Assembly: GCF_018977255.1 (NCBI RefSeq)
Contig: NW_024704743.1
Span: forward strand, 90,708,001-90,772,000
Source of the DNA: Callorhinchus milii
Lineage: Eukaryota
Length of the DNA stretch: 64,000 nucleotides
Reading direction: 5' to 3'
Positions 24,001 to 37,268 of this stretch are shown one piece after another. Numbering within the stretch: position 1 is the first letter of the stretch; each line of letters begins with the position of its first letter. The translations under genes and the position numbers were made by a program. The notes under the pieces are model-generated. The model was not told where the DNA came from. It saw only the letters and a list, made by a program, of their open reading frames with translations, and searched no databases.

Positions 24001-25479
24001 TAATGTTAGCAGAGTTGCAGCCATAGTTTGTCTCACAAAGCCATGAAGCAAAGACTAAAGCAGCCATGGATTAATTTTTAATCCTCCATTGCAGGCCTCC
24101 TGTGGCCAGATACATCTTGGCTCAGTAACTGGTGTTAATAGCTGAATAAATCAGTGCATTAACATTGTTTCAACAAATGATAATGACATTTCCATTGCTT
24201 ACTCTAGGTTTTCATTGAGAATTGGTGGCCATTCCCCAAACCCTGGACCTATCACTGTGGTATCTTTATCATCTTATAAATTGTTATATATTCAGTATCT
24301 ATGATGTTGCTTTAAAAATCACACTGGAGAATCCTCAGGGATTCCTATTGTGCTAAGTTGACCTGTTGCTTGAAATGAGTGAACTGGTAGCTGTACATAT
24401 GACTTTATACATCTATTCAATCCTTTAAAAGCCATAGAATTATGTAAAATGTTGTGTTCCTTATGCCCTCCAAGGTTTGAGTTTACAGTACAATACCCAA
24501 AATTTTGGCAGTCTGCTTTGTCAATTTATATGTGAGCAAAATACTGTTACGTTTCTGTGTGCAGAGACATGGTGCATATTGTGCTGGTCATCTTAGTTAA
24601 GTGTCACAGAGGCCCAGCACGATCCTCTCCATATGTACACTTTTCAAGCAGAGACTGCTGGATTGTGATTGGGAGCAGTATTCCTTGAGAAATATTCCAA
24701 CGCATAGCCCAGGGATCCTAAGGTTAGCTAACATACAGGCTATGTATGAAAGCTCTTGACTTGTATGACTCATTGCCACTCTGCGGGGTGACTTACTCAC
24801 TGAGTCGTCAGAATATTTAGATTTTGTTTCATGGAAAAGATCTGGTTATATTAGGATAATGAGAAGTACAAGAACAAGTGTTTGCAGAGTTCCAGGTTTT
24901 CAAGGGACAAGTCTGACAAAGGGACAACTTTGTCCCTGTTGCTCTTGCCCTTTCTGAAGCTGCAGCAATGTTCGAAATAATAGTAATGGTTTCATTTGAT
25001 ACAGGGCCTAAAATGTCAAAATAACTTGAAGCACTTCACTGGTAATTGCTCTAAAGTGTACAAACTATATATGGACTGTATCCTTGGCCCAGTGTTCTGC
25101 AGTTCTCATAAAATGAATTGCTTTCTAACTGTTTTAATTTCCACTGACTTGCACATTTCAGCTACTGGGCCCTTGGCTGGCAGCATAGAATATACCATGA
25201 AATTTGTGTCATTCAACTAGCAGGCATGAAACTCCTTGATTGGGCTGGACTCTAGTGTTGTTTGAATAATCAGGTTACGGGAAGTGAGCTAGCCAGAGGA
25301 CTTTATGTACTCCCTTTAGCTCATTCAGGTGCTGTTCTCTTCAAGGATGATTGTTATTCCTGGATTGCTACTATCTTTAAGCAAAGGTTATAGTCAATCG
25401 ATGAGAGTCTTCTTCCATGACACCACAGAGTAGTACACAATCATGCTATTGCATCTTCAACTACTGCCTGCTTGTTGGA

Positions 25480-25690
25480 CATCATAACTGAGCCCAATTC
25501 TGTCCTCAGTTGATATTCACACATATGCACTGTCTAACTGGGGTCATTCAACAGCAATCAGGAGTTGGAACCAAGGCTGACATTTTCCAGCTCCCCTTTC
25601 CGAGTACAGTTGAGTGTTGAGGGCAGTTGTAATGCTCTAATTGCTTCCCCTGCGAGATCTGTTAACTGAGTACGGAATGAGACTTGTTTC
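25480..25690 (-). repeat. Further old SINE-like dispersed repeat
   Basis: A motif like ggaaaatcagccagggttcctgctcctgat recurs at about 49160-49330, 51960-52100, 53440-53480, 56400-56520 and 61930-62040. Confidence 0.5.
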
Positions 25691-27950
25691 GTTTTGAGTT
25701 TTTTTAAGTTCAGACACATACTGTAGCTGGGGTAGAAGGAATTATAGAGTAGGAGTGTCCCTTATGGTAATGTGGGTGCCTTGTCGACCCACAGTTGGTT
25801 TGAACGCCTGGACCTGGACTTCAGTGGCAACCTAGCAAACCGTAAGTTGATCGTTTTCCAGTGTGGAAAGCTTCCTACTCAAAGCGGGTATATTAACTTG
25901 GTCGGTCGCGACCTGTTATAAAGCAGGTTGGAATATTCTTAATGCAGTAGTGTTATTGGACACTGGGAACCAAAAATGAGAACAAATTCCCAAGAATTAT
26001 ATTCTTAAAAAATAAGAAATTTAAAGGAAAAAAATTACATTTTACTTGCAAGATGTATTCCTTTGTAATCTCTTGCATAAACCACATAATAGTAAAATAC
26101 ACCTATTGATTTTATTCTGCAAAACATTGCCTTGATCGTTGCTTTACCCTAGTTATTGTCATCCTCACCCAGATTGTATGGGTTCTCTTAACTTTGCTGT
26201 TAGGTTGGTTTATTTCTTCCCTTAATCCAGGAGGCCAGAGAGAGATAAGTAGATTCAACAGGCAGTGAACAGATGACCTTTATCTTCAAGACTGGGGAGA
26301 ATTATGATCATTATCTACTTAAAACAAATAACTTATGATTGTAGAATAGTGCCAATTGTCAACTATATCACAAGTAGGTTAATTTCTGCTTTAATCCTTT
26401 GATATTTTGAGAACAAAATGTTTCACTAGTTTAAGAATTCTTAAAATCCTTAAGTTTCTACAAAGCCATATACAATGGAATTATTTATAGTCAGAGAAGA
26501 CAGAACACGCTTGCAAGGCAGAACACGCTGGCTTTTATGTTTTGTGGATTTGGGCATTTAAGGAAAATGTAATGTTGTAAAGTAACATTTGAAATCTCAG
26601 CTAATTGCCATAATCCACAACAGAAACATTTGATTTAAATCTTGTTTGTAATCTACACATAGCTGCCATGGCACAATTGCTACTTTGAACACCCAAGCAG
26701 ACTATTAATCAGTAGTGGTGGGGGAAGGGCCTTGTGCAGAAATTGTGCCGTACAATACTATTTATCTACATTCCAATTGCCCACATGTCTGTCGGTTATA
26801 ACTGCATTGAAAGTGGTAGTTAGACGTGGAGCTACAAGACATCGGCAAAAGTACAGGTGTGTGCATTTGCAAAGTTAATCACAAGGTTTCTAGGGAGTGT
26901 GACTTAACATCACCGTTCAACAAACTTGCATGGCTGTGCAATTTCATGGTTGCTCTGAGTGGGGTTCTTAGCAAGACAGACACCCATTATCTGCCAAGTC
27001 ATACTGTGTTTTTGCAGATGTATCATGGTGGGTTTCTTGCTTCTTATGGTATTGGATTCTGACTATTATTTCAACTTATATTGTGTGTTTGCGGGCATTC
27101 TTCTGATTGATTCCCACTGACGACTCTGCTGCCAATTGGTATCCAGGGCCAACGCCTTCACTGATTGGAATCGTCTCCTCTGATATCCTATGTACTATTT
27201 GTCCATACAGATTTCACAGTCTGATCTGATGTTGATGATCATCCACACCCACGCAACAACTTTTATTTATATAGCGCTCTTCACCTGAGGTAGTGCTCGG
27301 AGAAATGTATTTTCCTGCAGGCTTCACTCTCTAATGATCAGGAATTTGGAAGCTGGTTGAATTTGTTGTTCTCAATTGTCCAGCAGTTTTTTGGGTCAGT
27401 TGGAGCTCCCTAGTTGATATCAGTTAGTTTGCATAGAATATGAATCAAATCTCCAACCTTTCTACAGTGGAGCCTCATATGTGTGGCCCATAAAATCAAA
27501 CCTATGCTAAAGCAAGGTGTGATAGCAGGTTTCACTGCGCATATGTGCAGCCAGCTGGTTCGCTTACTACATGGCTTACAACCAACAACATCACTTCCTA
27601 TTTCCTGCCTGTGAGTTGAGAAGCAGGAAATAATAATAATCCTTGCTTTTGATATAATGCCTTATCACATCTTTGAGATGTCTCTAAGCGCTTCACAGAA
27701 TATACTGTAAAGTGAATGACAATATATTATGTGGGTGAAGCGTGGCAGCCAAATGCACACAGCAGTGTCCCACAAGCAGCCGTGGATTGAAATGATATCA
27801 ACAACGACAATATGACCTGGAAGTTGCCTATTTTAGTACAAAGGCAACCTGGAATGTAGGAAGCGAAAGAGATAGATGTGTGCACTTACAGCGAATAGGT
27901 CTATTGTACAACCATGTTCTAATCGATCTGCCGGGGCTGCACTGTAGTTT

Positions 27951-28257
27951 ATAATAATAAAAATAATAATTCTTGCATTTGATATAGCGCTTTTCACGTC
28001 TTCTAGACGTCTCAAAGCTCTTCACAGAATGTATTGTAAAATGAATTGACTGTATATTTGTGGAGAAACTCAGCAGCCAAATGTACACAGCAGTGTCCCA
28101 CAAACAGTCGTGGAGTGAATAATGTTTTTCTTTTTTTTCTTGAGGGATTATTATTAGGCGTGTGGAGTAAGGAAACTTGCCCAAGGTTTTGCCCTGCCAG
28201 GAATCGAACCCAGGTCTCTCACTTGCGAGGCGAGTGCTCTAACCACTACAGAACTCC
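27951..28257 (-). mobile_element. SINE, full length (TAGAA loop)
   Basis: Head, body and tail present. Partial copies also at about 23800-23915 (+) and 27630-27790 (-). Confidence 0.9.
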
Positions 28258-28337
28258 GTTACAATCATAGTCATAGAAATTAACAGCTCAGAGGGAGTCT
28301 ATTTAACCCATCGAGTCTGCACCAGCTCTTGAGAATA

Positions 28338-29133
28338 CGGTGTTCTTTTCGACTCTGAGCTGTCGTTTCTCCCTCATATCTGCGCCACAACTGGCACCGC
28401 CTTCCATCACCTCCGAAACATCGCCAGACTACGGCACTACCTCACCCCTCACGCTGCTGAAACTCTGGTCCACGTCTTTATCACCTCAAGGCTGGACTAT
28501 GGGAACTCTCTCCTCGCCGGCCTTCCCGGCACCTCCCTCCACAAGCTGCAGGTCATTCAGAACTCTGCAGCTCGTGTACTGTCCCGCACCAGGCTTCGGA
28601 CCACATCACTCCCACCCTCGCTCGCCTCCACTGGCTCCCCATCCCCCAGAGGATCGAATTCAAGATCCTCATCCTCACCTACAAGGCCATTCACGGCCTC
28701 GCTCCCTCCTACCTCTCCGACCTACTATCCCCCTACTTACCCGCCCGTACCCTCCGTTCCTCTGGCTCCGGTCTGCTCCACGTCCCCCGCCCCAACCGCC
28801 CTACCATCGGTGGTCGGGCCTTCAGCCTCTCAGCCCCAGGCTCTGGAACTCCATCCCCCAGTGCCTTCGCCGCTTCCTCCCTTTCCTCCTTCAAGGCCGG
28901 TCTCAAGACCTTTCTCTTTGACCGTGCCTTCAGCTCCCCTCTCGACTCTCTACCCCCTCCTCACTCCCTCCCTTCCCTCCCCTCACCCTGACCATTTGCC
29001 CCCTCCTTGCTCCCTCCCTTCCCTCCCCTCACCCTGACCATTTGCCCCCTGCTTGGGACCCGACCCAACTGTCCAGCGCTTTGGGACGTCCTCCCGACTT
29101 GAAAGGCGCTCTAAATGAAATCTTGTTGTTGTT
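28338..29133 (+). mobile_element. Young 5'-truncated L2-clade LINE inserted into an older CR1 fragment
   Basis: Encodes GVLFDSELSF...HHLRNIARLR...SRLDYGNSLLAGLP...LHWLPIPQRIEFK and ends in (TTG)n. Minus-strand CR1 3' sequence lies on both sides (about 28260-28337 and 29134-29250). Confidence 0.92.
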
Positions 29134-29765
29134 CTTTCAATCTTATCCTCACTTATCCCCAAACCCCTTCAAGCCTCAAACTGTCATATACCTGGTCTGC
29201 TTCCATCTTGAAACTCACAGTGAACTCTGCCTCTACTGTTTTACTTGGTACGGTATGAGGTATCCTCAACTGTTTACTGAATTAACTCACGGAGCCGTCT
29301 GGAGAATTTTGTAAATGTTTTATATCCTTGATAAACAATTGATTGTTGTATCCTTGATAGAGAGGGCACACAAACAGCTGGGGCCTTAAATTGTTTTAAA
29401 CTGGATTTTATTAGTTGCAGGTATATCCTTGTGTTTGCTGTGCCTAATAGAATTCACAGTGGCAGCAGCTGTTTCCTTATGTGCAGGGGAAGAGATTTGT
29501 GTATTAAAGCAAAGAAAATCAATCTGTAATCAGTAGACCCTTTCTCCCCGAAGCTAGGCATATACTGTAACTTTTTTTGTTTGGGTGGAGGCTAGAAATA
29601 AATGTCTCAAATGTAATCTTTTATTTCAGGAATGGATAATAAAACACTTCTCCTAATGCAGTATGTGCCACAGTTTACTCTAAGGTTTCTGAGATAAATA
29701 TATTCACATTGCTTTAGGATTGTCACACTATTTTCTGTCTTGTGTATCTAGATAGTTTTTTTATT

Positions 29766-30066
29766 ATAATAATCCTTGCATTTGATATAGCGCTTTTTCA
29801 CGTCTTCTAGATGTCTCAAAGCGCTTCACAGAATATACTGTTAAGTGAATTGACTGTATATTTGTGGGCGAAATGTGACAAGACAATTACGCGCAGCAGT
29901 GTCCCACAGACAGTCGTGGATTGAAGTGACCAAATTTTTCTTTTGAAGGACTTATTATCAGGCGCGTGAAGTAAGGAAATTTTCCCAAGGTTTCACCCTG
30001 CAGGGAATCGAACCCAGGTCTCTCACCTGCGAGGCAAGTGGTCTAACCACTGAGTTACAGGACTCC
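29766..30066 (-). mobile_element. SINE, full length (TAGAA loop)
   Basis: Head, body and tail present. Confidence 0.9.
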
Positions 30067-30636
30067 GCAAATTTTCCGGATCATCTATGTGTTTCCTATT
30101 TCTTTGATCCAATGCATTATTTTAGCTATTAAATCAAACCACATAGGTCCAGCATATTGGTAGGGAGGAGGGAAAGTGAAGAATAACTATTGCAATAATC
30201 CGTATTATAATCTCTTTGCTTTAACCAGGTGAAGGATTTTTTTAATATTACCTGTTCTTGTTTTGAGGGGATTATTCCTTATATTTGGAATTAAATTTAC
30301 ATCTCAGCTAAATAAAGCACAACAGCTTTCTATAGGAAAATATTGGGATCCTTTGACATAGAAAACCTTCTGTCTTGACATATGTTTTACTGAAACCTAA
30401 AGTATGCTGAATCTTTGCTAGACATGAGGCAGAACCTGAAGTCAATATATAACTTTTAAAGTACCTAATGACTTCTGTTGTGTAGTACTTACTATCTAGT
30501 AATTCACAAGCAGTGCTATTCTAGAAAGTCCCAAGGACTAGCCTATAAATTTGTCTATGTTGTTTGCAGTCATGGACAAATTATTCATTCCCAGGACTAA
30601 ACGTTCTTCTATGTTTTTATACCTTCTTTCTTTCAG

Positions 30637-30795
30637 TTGCCAAATGGCGTGTCCTATCACACAGCTACCCACCAAGACAGACAAGGAAAGCTACAGGAAC
30701 ACCTTCGCCAGCTCTCTGTGCTCTTTAGGAAACTGCGGCTAGTTTATGATAAATGTAATGCAAAGTGTGCAGGCCTAGATCCTGTCCCAATGGAG
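30637..30795 (+). CDS. MED30: MED30 second coding exon
   Basis: Bounded by ttcAG and GTaag. 159 nt encoding LPNGVSYHTATHQDRQGKLQEHLRQLSVLFRKLRLVYDKCNAKCAGLDPVPME. Confidence 0.96.
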
Positions 30796-30819
30796 GTAAG
30801 AGGGGTTTTTAATTTGTAT

Positions 30820-31380
30820 TTTTTTATGGTCATCTGGGTGTCTGATACATGAGGAAACCTCCACTGTACTTAAAAGTATCCATACTGGACTGAGAGTTCC
30901 ACATATACATCACCAACACGTGGAAATTTACCTGTGTATGGAATGTGTACTCTTCTGGAGGAATGCACACCGCTTACGTAAATCTGAGTGTTCCCAGGAG
31001 AGTTTTGCAAAAGCTAAGGCTTGGGGTTACCAATGTATGCGTTAAGGTACTGTTGAGATTAACCAACTAAAACCACGTAGATTGCCATTGAGAAAACAGT
31101 CTATCTTCCTTATGCTTGTCCAGCAAAGATCACCCTACCCATTAGGGATTTGCCTTGCAAGGTCAACAGGAGCTGAGTGGGAAGAATCCTTGCTTTCAGT
31201 TTGCTCCTCCAGTTCCTGACAATAAGCCAGACTGTCTGGTTTGTCATCAGCAATACCCTGGAGTAAGGACCTGCCTAATGGCTGATCGCCGCAGACGATT
31301 GACTCGATTCCAATATTCCTTTGCCAGCATGTCATCTTGGAGCCAGTTCAGCTCCAAAGAGATCCCGCTTAACTAACCCC
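30820..31380 (-). repeat. Unclassified old dispersed repeat (longest copy that includes the oligo-A end)
   Basis: Alignable by eye to 2658-2712 (+), 17696-17975 (-), 20426-20531 (+), 22050-22400 (-), 51192-51690 (-), 52504-52605 (-) and 55744-55856 (+). Confidence 0.8.
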
Positions 31381-32332
31381 AGGGCGCATACTTTAATTTG
31401 TAAAGTACACTTTATTTAGAGATTTAGAACAAATATCCTTCCACTTCCCACCCCATGCCACATGCATTGAAGTCTCAACATGCTGTGCTTCCAGCATTCT
31501 ACCCTAAGTCTGATTGCAGATATTATTTTAAGAAAGAGACCAACTTTTCCTCGCCTCTAAAAGCTGTTGTAACAGTTCCAATATAGTTCTACCCTCAAGT
31601 ACTTTTGCAACTGGCCATTCTTCTTTATATGTGATCCGGTGGAAGGAGCGTCAGGAAGTATATAATAATTGGGGAGAATAGAGAGAAGAGAAAGTTTCAC
31701 AGCTAATTTTTGTTTCATACCATCAAGAATTAAAAAGATATAAGTACGTTTCTACATATTAGAATGATTTGGGTACCCTCTTTTACGTTAGACTCCTAAA
31801 TATGATTAGCGCCTTGGACGTCCTCCCGACATGAAAGGTGCTATACAAATGTAATTTTGTTGTTGTTGTTTGTCTGCATAAGCAATTTACATTTTTTACT
31901 GGAAGTAGGATAACTAAGTTACTGTGCAAAATTTGTGTTCTAATAAATCCGGTTCATCCAGAGCTCTTATACTGTGGACCCAGGATCCCCAAACTGGAGG
32001 AGCTATCACATTACAAGCCTTTGTTGCTTTTACATTGTCTCCGCACATCTGGAGGGTGCTATTGGCAAATGACGCACATGATCATTCGTCATATGGTATT
32101 GTGTGAGCATAGGCAAAATGCCGGAAAATTATTTTTGGATCTCTTAATTTTATTCTTAGTTTTTATTCTTCATCACAGCAGACAGACAAAACCTAAGGTT
32201 CATTTCATTCAAAGGCCAGTGTGCTGGGGAAAGTACAGAATAGTAGTATCAAGCTCATGACCTGGATAATAACCAAACGCACTCAGTACAAGACACTGCA
32301 TTGTTTATTCAAGTATTATTGTATGTCCATAG

Positions 32333-32443
32333 CAACTTATTCCTTATGTAGAAGAAGAAGGCACCAAGCACGAAGACCACAACTTGGCAAACCAACTCCG
32401 CTTAGCAAGTGAAGAGAGGCGAGAGATTGTGGCGGTAAACAAG
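32333..32443 (+). CDS. MED30: MED30 third coding exon
   Basis: Bounded by catAG and GTacag. 111 nt encoding QLIPYVEEEGTKHEDHNLANQLRLASEERREIVAVNK. Not present in this frame in the ORF track. Confidence 0.94.
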
Positions 32444-32829
32444 GTACAGAAACACCTTTTTGTTTTTCTTGACAATTTGGTCTGAAGCACCAAACAGTGT
32501 GCACGTTATTTGTCATTAGTGTGTTGTGTTTGGCTGTGCTTTGATCCAATTCTCTTTGAAACAGTCAATATAATAATCCAGTTAAACATATTTTGGTGCA
32601 TTATTGTGCTTATTAAGGTAAGAGGAAGCAGGTAGTGGAAAATAAAGAGTTTTCTGTATTGTGAATCTTGTACCAGGTACAAGTCAGAAGCAGAGTAAGT
32701 TGCCCAATAATATGTTTAAATTTTAAACTTAGAAGATCTCTGCCCAAACTGCACCAATAGACCATTTCCTGTTTCTACACCGGCCTTTGTTGTGGCCCTT
32801 ATAAAAGAGGTTCCCTGTACACACACATC

Positions 32830-33830
32830 TCCTCTCCATCCAGTTGTTGCTTCTCACTCCTTGTTAGCCAATGTCATCAACATTCTCTTTTCCAGTGGGC
32901 TGGAAATATAGATCCTCAATGTGGAAAACTGTTTCATTTTCCATCACTCTTGCTTCAATGAGGGCTGCTCACCTTGTAAATCCTCTTCTGAAAAAAATAC
33001 TTGTCTCCTCCAAACTCCGGTTACTGGCCTATCTGTAACCTGCTCTTCCGAGGTCCCAGAACAAGTTGTTGCATCCCAGCTTTGCTTCTTCCTCTTCCTG
33101 TTGATTCCCTCCAATTTGGATTTTGCTCCATCCACAGCATTGAGATAACACTGGTCAAACTCGCAAAGTATATCTCTCTGTCTGTGATCAAGTGTTCATG
33201 TGCTTCCTTGTTCTTCTTGATCTGTCTGTCACCTTCAACACCTTTTGAGCACTTCATCCTCCACCACACCTCTCTCACTTTCTCCCATCTCCCTCTCCCC
33301 CCCACCCGTCCATATTCCCTACAGCTCTGCTCTTTCCCAATTGTACTCCTTCCTGTGCCAGTGTTGTCACAATATTCTGGATATAGTCTGCTATTTAACT
33401 GCTTCTCTGGTCCCTGCATGGTCACATGCAGTTTTCTAAGGATTCTATCCTCATCTACGTTCCCCCTTGATGACATTATCACTCTACTCTGATTTCCTCT
33501 GACCCTACTCTTCCCACTATTCCCTCTGTTTTGTCAACTTTGGCCGGCTGCATGATCACCTGCCTGTCCTCATCTACAATTGGCGGGCGAGCTTTCAGCC
33601 ACTTTGCTTATGCTCTCCAGAACTCTCTTCTTAAATCCTCTGTCTTGCCCTCTCCCCCTCTGTTGTTACAACCTACCTAAAGATCTATTTATTTGACTTT
33701 GCCTTCAGCCACAAAGCTACCAACACTCCCCGCCACTCCTCCTCCACTCATCTCAGCTCCTACTCAGTTTATGTGGAGCACTGGGATGTTCTCCCTAAGT
33801 GAAACGTGCTATATAAGTGCTATTTGTCAT
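32830..33830 (+). mobile_element. Highly decayed L2 LINE
   Basis: Remnants resembling QFGF..HS.E..L.K and L.DLS..FDT reverse transcriptase motifs, plus an L2-like tail near 33780-33830. Confidence 0.6.
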
Positions 33831-34091
33831 TGTGCAAGTTGTCATTGTCCAATTCCTTTGTGCCAAATTATTTTCTGCTTAGTGCAGTGGGGCTATTGAG
33901 CACTGTTTTGAGACTGTTCAAACTCATTCCACTTCAGAAGAGCTTCACTAGGGGGTATGGGGGTGCGGAGTATGAGAGACAGATTTTACAATTTCTCATT
34001 TTGGCGTGGATTCAAACCTTCTCCCAGTGTTTAAGGGTGGTGGTCTAGCCCATTTGAACATTACTAATGTTTATTAATATTTATTATTTGT

Positions 34092-34415
34092 GGAGTCCTG
34101 TAGCTCAGTGGTTAGAGCACTCGCTTTGCAAGTGAGAGACCTGAGTTCAATTCCAGGCAGGGCGAAACCTTGGGCAAGTTTCCTTACTCCACACGCCTAA
34201 TAATAATCCCTCCAAAACTAAAAACAATAATTAAATTGGTCATTTTCAATCTACGACTGTTTGTGGGACATTGCTGTGCGCAATTGGCTGCCGCGTTCGC
34301 CCACAAATATACAGTCAATTCACTTTACAGTGTGTTCTGTGAAGCGCTTTGGGACGTCCTCCCGACGTGAAAAGCGCTATATCAAATGCAAGGATTATTA
34401 TTATTATTATTATTA
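34092..34415 (+). mobile_element. SINE, full length (CTCCC loop)
   Basis: Near-identical to the copies at 10798 and 35839. Confidence 0.93.
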
Positions 34416-34799
34416 ATAGCTTATTAAATAAGGAGCATCCTTATGGTCACAAAACTCCAATTGATGTTTTGAATTCATTTGAAGTTCAGATCAGTTCAAG
34501 ATGCCGAATAATACACTATCTGCCAGTTCTAGCCATTCCATGTCATACCACCAACCATTTTTTTTCTTCCTCAGGAATTCACGATAAAATAAAGCAATAG
34601 TTATAAATCCTAAACTCGGTTATGAGTTGAAATAATTTCACTTTGCCGAGTATTACTGCTGATTATTTTTCTTCTTGTACAGAAAGGATAGTGTTTTCCT
34701 CTACAGAACTGAAACATCTCAATACCCTGCACAGCATGAGTTAGCTTGGACTGTGGTAACTGTTTGTGCAGGCAGCTAATCTACACGAGTTATATCCTA

Positions 34800-35390
34800 T
34801 ACATTGCAATTCACAAGATTAGTTTGGATCTAATCTCATTTTCTATAATACCCAACAGAGCATCCTCCCATTACACCAGGAAGCTGTATTTTTTTAAATG
34901 AGTCAAGTGTTCGGACCTCAACCACCCTTCCTGACAATCTGTTCCTGTTGTTATTTACCCTCTGGGTAAAGAAAATCCTCTGGTGTATGTTGTGAAATGC
35001 CCTTTTGAAACTGAACCTATTACTTTTGTTCTACTTTGTTGGCGCATCCTAAAAAGTCGGACATTACTATTGTTTATCAGTGTCTTATTAAACAAGTCTT
35101 TAAGCCGCTTTGTCAATCCCAGTTATAATTTTGTACATCTCTATAAGATCCCCTCAGAAATATCTTCTCTCAAGATTAAAGAGAATTATCTTAACTAATC
35201 ATAGCTCATAATTAATTCCTCTTAACTCTGGAGATCCTAATTGATCTCTCCTGCATTGCCTCTAAGGCCTTTGCAGCCTCCTTATGTCACACCAACCAGG
35301 AATGCATGCAGTCTAGGTATGGCCTGGTCAGAGCTTTATACAGCTTGAGTATGATGTCTGGGGATCTGAAATCTACTGCTCCAGACTCAA
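34800..35390 (-). mobile_element. Old CR1 3' fragment
   Basis: Similar to CR1 ORF2 C-terminal motifs (LYKALTRPYLD). Comparable short fragments lie at about 100-260, 18955-19220, 21700-21930, 59640-59830 and 62470-62600. Confidence 0.6.
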
Positions 35391-35838
35391 GATACTGATA
35401 CTATTTATTTCAGAGTTATACGTTTTAATGTAAGTGAGATATTCTGATATTAATCAAGAGTAAAAGCATTTATAGTGACAGCAAGTGTGCTTTCATAGAG
35501 ATATAGCCTTGTTTAACTCCAACAAGAACATTTACCTGTTTTATTTTCCCCTCCAGTTTTTCATCCGTCCTTTACTGAATTTATACGGTTCCTCTAATAC
35601 CTCACCCAAGTGATCAATAAGCCATAAACTTTAGTAGGCTATTTGCCCACTCAGCCAGTAGCTGAGTTTAGTTCTGCATGGTGATCAAATTATGAAACCA
35701 TGGCTGATTTGTTTCTTGCTCCCAAATCTAGGAACCCTAGGGTAGTCATATGATTCCTACTTCTCTTCTAGTTGAAATCAGCACATGTCAGAGAGATTGA
35801 ACCTCGGACCTTTCAGATCTGTTTGACATTGTCTATAT

Positions 35839-36154
35839 TGGTTAGAGCACTCGCTTTGCAAGCGAGAGACCTGAGTTCAATTCCAGGCAGAGGGCGAAAC
35901 CTTGGGCAAGTTTCCTTACTCCACACAGAGCCTAATAATAATCCCTCCAAAACCAAAAACAATAATAAATTGGTCATTTTCAATCTACGACTGTTTGTGG
36001 GACATTGCTGTGCGCAATTGGCTGCCGCGTTCGCCCACAAATATACAGTCAATTCACTTTACAGTATATTCTGTGAAGCGCTTTGGGACGTCCTCCCGAC
36101 GTGAAAAGCGCTATATCAAATGCAAGGATTATTATTATTATTATTATTATTATT
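35839..36154 (+). mobile_element. SINE, slightly 5'-truncated (CTCCC loop)
   Basis: Begins at TGGTTAGAGC and has a long (TTA)n tail. Confidence 0.92.
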
Positions 36155-36969
36155 GGAGTTTCTTATGTAATTGAGCAACAGTTTTTTTTAAAACCGATTC
36201 TTATATGAAGCTGCAGTTAAAATTTTTCAGAAACGTCTGTAGGTTAAGCATTTGTTCATGTCTCTAGATGTTGTAATCCATCATTCTGAGTTAATGGCAT
36301 TCCAGGAATTGCAGACCACTGACCAAAGATTTCCAAACAGGGAGATTGTGCCGAGGTAGTTATTACCTCTTTCTGCCCTGTACCATGACCCCAAACCTTA
36401 CCAGTTTACATCTACTGCTTGTAGGGCTGGCTCTGTAGAGTTCATGTAGTTTTTGTGTTCACTAAAGGTATGAACAGCACGAAAAGGTGAACAAGGAGCC
36501 ACTCTAGCTTGTAATGAAACATGCCACCTTTCTCTTCGTCGAAATAATTTTTGCAATTACCTAAGGCTTCGAAGCTGGGGAGCTTTGTAAGTGATGGAGA
36601 AGGGAAGATATCTAATTTGCAGTATTAAAATGATTTATAAATATGCAATGACTTTAGCCGAACTGCTTGAAATCCATTTGGATGATAATCTCATTTCTGA
36701 CAAACGTGAAACTTGTGTACATGCAAGATTACATACTTATGATTGACCATATATTAGAGCCCATTATATCGCTGAATTTTCTTTGGCGCTTGTGTTTTTT
36801 ACATGCCGCTATAAATTTTCTCTCCCCTTGAAGGTTTTGGGCTACTGTTATTTTTAAAATATAAATAATAAAGCAGGCTTGATTGAAGCCTAGTTATTGT
36901 TCCTATGTTCTGCACTATACAGCGAATTATAGCTGAGTTGCAATATCAGGAAACACTCAAATTATCTTT

Positions 36970-37268
36970 ATAATAAATAATCCTTGCAATTGATATCACA
37001 CTTTTCACATCTTCTAGATGTCTCAAAGTACTTTAAAGAATATATTATAAAGTGAATTGACTTTATTTGTTGGCGAAACGCGGCAGCCAATTGCGCACAG
37101 CAGTGTCCCGCAAACAGTCCTGGGTTGAGTCACCAAATTTTTTTTTCTTGAGGAATTATTATCAGGCATGTAGAGTAAGGAAACTTGCCCACGGTTTCGC
37201 CTAGTCCGAAATTGAACCCAGGTCTCTCGCTTGCAAGGCGAGTGCTCTAACCACTGAGCTGCAGGACT
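36970..37268 (-). mobile_element. SINE, full length (TAGAA loop)
   Basis: Head, body and tail present. Confidence 0.9.

Noticed and set aside
31205..31255. Hammerhead ribozyme (CTGATGA plus a hairpin on the minus strand; also 51503 on the plus strand)
   Set aside because: No correctly placed GAAA after stem II and no stems I and III.
34092..34165. tRNA-Ala(TGC) gene, and similar heads at 10798, 59923 and others
   Set aside because: The cloverleaf is nearly intact but runs straight into SINE body in every copy, and the anticodon varies among copies (TGC, CGC, CAC).
34170..34370. Recurrent short ORFs (MGKFPYST..., MESCSSVVRAL..., MTVYLW...) that look like a gene family
   Set aside because: They are translations of SINE copies.
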